A stretch of DNA of 64,000 bases from Planctomycetota bacterium (GTDB lineage Bacteria > Planctomycetota > UBA1135 > UBA2386). Positions within the stretch are counted from its first letter, which is position 1; each line of letters begins with the position of its first letter. Position numbers and translations under genes: made by a program. The notes under the pieces were generated by a model. That model was not told the origin of the DNA and did not search any database. It saw only the letters and a list, made by a program, of their open reading frames with translations. The stretch is taken from NCBI GenBank assembly GCA_046290465.1, contig JBKAGP010000001.1, positions 5,280,001 through 5,344,000 of the forward strand, given 5' to 3'. Positions 63,974 to 64,000 of this stretch are shown here, piece after piece.

Positions 63974-64000
63974 TTACCAGACGAACGTCTTCTCGATGCC
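63974..64000 (-). CDS. 3' end of an upstream gene (GIEKTFVW*), possibly E1 beta
   Basis: Only 9 codons visible; identity inferred from context. Confidence 0.35.
   Translation of the reverse strand, partial: GIEKTFVW

Overview
Very GC-rich (roughly 70% by eye), densely coding bacterial DNA, most likely Planctomycetota (inferred from a DUF1592/PSD cytochrome-domain gene, a TIGR02999-type ECF sigma factor paired with a Ser/Thr kinase, and lineage-typical secreted proteins). Left to right it holds: a partial isocitrate/isopropylmalate-family dehydrogenase; a CusRS-like two-component pair divergent from a DUF4266-DUF3570-TlpA-ApbE flavinylation operon; a GspG-domain fusion; an atypical chemosensory-like cluster without CheW (CheX, thiol protein, membrane CheA-like kinase, CheY, divergent soluble MCP); a second two-component pair; a PSD cytochrome protein; a GH3/GMC operon; an octaheme cytochrome c; a degenerate PCMT-MshEN-GspE fusion; lpdA; a large lipoprotein; an mddA / ECF / Ser-Thr kinase / secreted-protein module; ArsR-SRPBCC; a UDG; a ~23 kb Wzm/Wzt surface-glycan locus; and 2-oxoacid dehydrogenase E1-alpha and E2 genes. 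The strongest new signal is an identical bipartite motif, CTGGCCGG-N14-TGCGCCT, upstream of mddA, of the kinase-ECF operon and of the secreted protein, which suggests a kinase-activated ECF regulon that includes dimethylsulfide production. No rRNA, tRNA, CRISPR array or transposase was recognised. All calls come from reading motifs by eye; no database searches were run.
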